DNA of 62,854 bases, counting the filler, from Octopus bimaculoides (Eukaryota), in assembly GCF_001194135.2 (NCBI RefSeq). It is 7 parts of 7 records of this genome, joined end to end, with 100 filler letters (N's around TTAATTAATTAA, not from the genome) between each part and the next. Parts side by side here need not be neighbours in the genome. Positions count along the whole stretch, not along the records: positions 58,724 to 62,854 come from NC_068990.1; 6 more parts are not named here. One strand, given 5' to 3'. Positions within the stretch are counted from its first letter, which is position 1. Every line of letters begins with the position of its first letter. Position numbers and translations under genes: made by a program. Positions 61,575-62,854 of the stretch are shown here, one piece after another. The notes under the pieces were generated by a model that saw only the letters and a list, made by a program, of their open reading frames with translations, was not told the origin of the DNA and searched no databases.

Positions 61575-62768
61575 TGGGACATTAGAGTGGGAAATTTTCC
61601 CACCCAAGCAGTGGTTAAAAGATATGGAGGAGAGGACGATGGAGGTTACAACTTACTCTAAAATTCTTGATACTATCGCCGTCTTTCCAAAACCAACTAT
61701 AGTAAAAGAACTGAAAGACTATTTGCCCTCTGTGAAATACATATCAGCTGCAAAAGATCTGGTTTTTCCAGATTTTTAAAAAATGGCTAGCTGCAGGTAT
61801 CCGGTGATACTTGAGGGACGCCCTCCCAAGTGTCACTCGTGTCTGGAGACAGGCCATATTAAAAAAAAACTGCCCCCAGGACCATGGTAAGGTCCTGGAA
61901 CAGTCACTGGAAGCCACCCCTCCTACCCCGTCAAAAGGAGCGGTGGATGTGGTTGAGTAGGCTTCAGATCCTCAACCCAAAAAGGATTAAAAAGGAAGAA
62001 AGCGGGCAACAAAGCGGAAGAGCTCCACTCTCCCGAAGTCAGGAAGAAAAGGGAAAAAAGAACGGGTCATTTCAAGTGGACGATGATGTCCCGTCTGCAT
62101 GTCCCAAAGTTGGGCCACCCACGGTGGAAGAAACGGCCCCCACCCCTGAAGATGAAGAATTACTTATCTTTTTCTACAAGGGCGGGAGATGGAAAAAATA
62201 GTAGAACATAAAGAGACAGTAGATATGGCCTGCACATGGAATCCCTAATGGCCTCCGCAGAGAGCTGTGGAGGTCATAAGGCTTTCCGTGTGGGAAAAGC
62301 TAAAAATACTTTTAAAGAGGAATGTCGCATATGGCCGGTTGACCCTAACATGACATATGCCTCGTACATGAATGAGGCATGGGAAATGGCGGGGTACAGG
62401 AACTTAGCGGCACTGAAGATAATAATAGATATATTGATGGATATATCGATGAATAGGAGGTGTAAAAGCCTCGTTAAGAGGGTTTGAAACCGCATCTTGT
62501 TGCATTATTTGTAGTAGTTTAAAACCTAAAAAAATTAAAAAAAAACAAAAACATGTTAAGTAAGAGGTTTTAGTGCCTCCTTTCTGTAAGAGGTTAGAAA
62601 CGTCATATTGATTTTTTTAAAAAAGAAAATATGTTTTCGAGAAAAACCCTATCGGCGGGCGTTGGGTTTCGTCTCTCATTTATTCATTCTATTTCATTTC
62701 ATTATCATTCATTAATGTGTTGTCTAGCCCGCAGCTACTCTGTATACTGCCTTTATGGCAAATAAAAT
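61575..62768 (+). mobile_element. Internally deleted Tx1-like element (ORF1 zinc knuckle joined to ORF2 end and 3' UTR)
   Basis: VILEGRPPKCHSCLETGHIKKNCPQ (CX2CX4HX4C) at ~61805-61880; 3' UTR ending ggcaaataaaatgaaataaag. Confidence 0.65.
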
Positions 62769-62854
62769 GAAATAAAGTAGCTTGCTTACCTGCCACATGG
62801 TTCTGGGTTCATTCCCACTGCGTGGCACCTTGGGCAAGTGTTTTCCACTATAGC
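62769..62854 (+). mobile_element. SINE head running off the window end
   Basis: AGCTTGCTTACC...GGTTCTGGGTTCATTCCCACTGCGTGGCACCTTGGGCAAGTG, also seen at 36750-36835. Confidence 0.7.

Overview
AT-rich, microsatellite-dense eukaryotic DNA from a draft assembly. The SINE, MITE and LINE content looks like a coleoid cephalopod, most likely Octopus (inference from pattern recognition, no search run). Two spliced genes can be reconstructed by hand. (1) unc-79, the NALCN channelosome subunit, on +: 11 consecutive in-phase GT-AG exons between 6190 and 20994 encoding about 471 N-terminal codons. The first coding exon and the rest of the roughly 2,600-aa protein are not found in the window. (2) A divergent Mps1/TTK kinase on -: 4-5 exons between 55058 and 48761 covering the kinase C-lobe, with the N-terminal exons missing. 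The remainder is transposable elements and simple repeats: many R4/Dong-clade non-LTR copies, including a decayed 3.3-kb copy; RTE, Tx1-like and Penelope-like remnants; a maT/mariner element; hAT, piggyBac and Tc1 MITEs; and tRNA-derived SINEs. Six identical 100-nt N44-TTAATTAATTAA-N44 artificial linkers split the window into seven segments whose true adjacency is uncertain. Most ORFs in the supplied track are microsatellite or gap artefacts. The most unusual structures are a TIR-bounded MITE carrying a tRNA-like cassette inside a ~240-bp foldback next to a unc-79 exon, and a hammerhead-ribozyme-like motif at 23722-23773. I found no clearly novel multi-gene system.
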